Positions 61,401 through 64,000 of a DNA stretch of 64,000 nucleotides are shown in pieces. Both the position numbers and the translations under genes were made by a program. This DNA is from Carcharhinus longimanus (lineage: Eukaryota): assembly GCA_030264375.1 (NCBI GenBank), contig JASCQW010000137.1:25126848-25190847 (forward strand), given 5' to 3'. Under the pieces are notes generated by a model, which worked only from the letters and a program-made list of their open reading frames with translations, was not told the origin of the DNA and ran no database searches. Each line of letters starts with the position of its first letter. Positions within the stretch are counted from its first letter, which is position 1.

Positions 61401-63579
61401 TGGACCGGTATAATGTGTCAGCAATGACAGAGGGTAGTGTTGCTTGGATTCCCATGCACAGCAAGACACTGGCCACCAGGATGTGCTCATCACTAGAGAA
61501 TTGACTGTAGCCATTATCTATAGGTGCCACATAAAGCCAAATCAGTAGTCTGCATTACTTAGTTGGCAAACCTAAGTTACACTGCCATCATCCATATCAT
61601 TGAGCTTACTGGCAGTGGGAATTACTGGTGCACTTCCCATGTTACAGTAGAATAGACCTGGGTCATCTATTTTCCTATAACATTAAAACAATGGTAAAAG
61701 ATTTGGTAAATCTCTTGGAAGTCCCTTGTATTGGTATTATACTGCACCAGATTCAAATTGTTAGCAATAAGAGATGGTCTATGTTAGGTGCTTTTGTGCT
61801 TTGTATTGCCAAGGGACACTACAACTGTGCCCTACAATTATTGCACATCCAGTTGCTTAAGATGAATGCAGAAGTGGCAGAACCCCAAATAAAATGGTCA
61901 AATACCAGGTTTCTTCCTTTTGCAGATGGCACACTGTCTAATTTATAATGCATGTTTTTACAGAAGCAAAGAAACACTGTTCAACACAGAAATATTGCTT
62001 TGTCTCATTCCTTTTGTTTCAATGGACACTGAGGTGCTGAATTACCACTTGAGGAAAAAAGCTTTACCTCTTAGGTGCTTGACAAAAGCCGCATCCACTC
62101 ACGTCTTCCTAAAATGTCACGAGGAGCTGTAAAGGAGTTTTTATTGGGTTGGATAATTGCAATCTCGTCCTACCCTGCAATATTCTCCCTGCACTGTTTC
62201 ATTTAGCTAGTTCACTAAATCCCAACTGCATTGTGCAGATAACACTACAAGACTTGAATTGTGTGCCACTGAAATATAGGGTGACAAAATAACTACAACA
62301 AGTACATACACAATACAGATGATGGAGTTCCATGGTCATTTTTTACTCTGCAGAGAAGTATATGGAGATATCGAAGTGTCAATGTAGATTGTTGCAAGGG
62401 GTCTGGGGCAGACAGTTGGACAGCAAGTAATAAAACTGGTGAAACTTCCACCATGGATTTAGCCTTAATGTAGAATATTAATATAAATCATTGATCTGAA
62501 TTCACTGGACACAGTCAGATATATACATGTATCGATTGTTAAGTATATTATGCACAATACACAAAGGCTTAACACAGCATTATGCTGAGCACACAGGCAA
62601 CCTGCATTATATATAGGATTAGTGGGGAATGATGAATACAAAAAATTACAGGATGCTCCGTGGGAACTCAGCATGGCCGAGAGAGCCCACAAGTTCATGG
62701 GAAAACAGGTGGGTACAGAATTAGGGCGGTATAGTGTTAAAACTACAGGTGGTGAGATGCATGCAGAATGAAGTGAAGAGCCTTTGGCATTACACTGTAA
62801 TGACAGGTTGCAAGTTATACACAAATCCATGATGGAGCAGCTTGACTCAGCAGTGATGGACATATCACTGGCCCACGTAGACATAATTAACCCATATGGA
62901 TCAGAGCGAAGGATTGTAAATGTGTGCTACAGGAAGCCCAGATTTCATATGTACCATTTAGAGAAAATAATCCTTTTGCTACTGTTGAACAAACTTACGT
63001 GTACTCTTGATCGAGTGCCTTTAGCCAACCTTTCGGGATAACAGTCAGGCAGCCGAGATCCCTTGAATTAAAACCAGTTGTAAGGATCACTGTCTAACGC
63101 TGACATGCTCATTAAGCGATTGTAGCCTGTTATTACCATTTCTTGGTCAGTACAATGCTATTACAACACTGAGTTGTGAGACAAATATCAAGACTGCCCT
63201 AATCAGAAAACACGCAGTTACACTGTAATGATCGTATTGTCAGGACTCAGAGTTAGATGTTTCGCCGTGTTGCTAATGATCATTAAAAGTGAAATGGATT
63301 ATGTTTAGGGCTGCATTGGGATTGAGTCGCCTTTCACGTCAGTTGAGCTACTCCAATTTGGGTTCACGTGATAGCCACTTGTTTTTGCCTCATATAAAGT
63401 GTCCTGGGGCAGGGATGGCATCATCATTAGCTGATTGCTCCCAGCGCTATTTCTCAGTTGGAGAAGTGCGCTAACGCAGCTCGAACCTGACTCCAGTCAG
63501 CCATTATTAGCCAGTGAGATGACTCCCAACTCCTTGAAAAGTCAAGCCTGTATTTTGAATAAATGGTAGCTTTAACTGT

Positions 63580-63990
63580 TTAGAACAAAGAGCAGCATAG
63601 CACAGGGACAGGCCCTTCGGCCCACCAAGCCTACACCGATGCATGAAGATCTGGCCAAAGTCCTCAGAATATTGGCATACTGCAGGTCACCTTGAAGACT
63701 TGGAAATGGGGAGTTCACTAATATCAGGAAAGTAGGATAAATCCTCATTCTAACCAAAATATATGAAAAAAAATGTTTTTTTTCTAAGGAAAACCCAAAT
63801 TCCACCTGACCTGAAGGTTATTAGAGATCTCTCCCTAGAAACAGAGAAACAGAAGCAGATGTAAACCATTTGGCTCTTTGAATCTGCTCTGCCATTCATT
63901 TTGATCATGGCTGATCATCAAAATCAATATCCTGATCGCCTCTTCCCCCATATCCCTTGATCCATTTAGCCACAAGAACTATATCTAAAA
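63580..63990 (-). mobile_element. Two CR1 3' tail fragments (63580-63640; 63838-63990)
   Basis: AGAACAAAGAGCAGCATAGCACAGGGACAGGCCCTTCGGCCC and AGAAACAGAAGCAGATGTAAACCATTTGG...GATCATGGCTGATC. Confidence 0.75.
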
Positions 63991-64000
63991 ATGTTTTGCA

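Noticed and set aside
62465-63041. 139-aa and 85-aa ORFs
   Set aside because: No known motif; faint resemblance to decayed CR1 RT (EYKKLQD) only.

Overview
Vertebrate non-coding DNA, almost certainly from a shark or other elasmobranch. This is inferred from the many HE1-type V-SINEs and CR1/HER-like LINEs. The draft assembly has many N gaps, several with duplicated flanks. No protein-coding gene could be confidently identified. Roughly half the window is decayed mobile DNA: HE1 V-SINEs, a second V-SINE subfamily with a different tail, two further tRNA-derived SINE families, CR1, L2, CR1/L2-group (Zenon-like) and Rex1/Babar LINE fragments, Penelope-like pseudo-LTR pieces, PIF/Harbinger remnants and MITEs, and a tRNA-Leu pseudogene. 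Between these lie TE-poor, TAAT-rich blocks resembling conserved non-coding elements of a large intron or gene desert; one holds a candidate minus-strand exon. The most notable observations are: (1) minimal type I hammerhead ribozyme cores in the Penelope-like pieces; (2) a V-SINE whose tail keeps the Rex1/Babar 3' stem-loop with a compensatory base change, suggesting a partner-LINE switch; (3) a 118-bp near-perfect local inverted repeat; (4) a filled/empty MITE site pair. Coordinates were read by eye, and element boundaries are approximate unless stated. No database searches were run.
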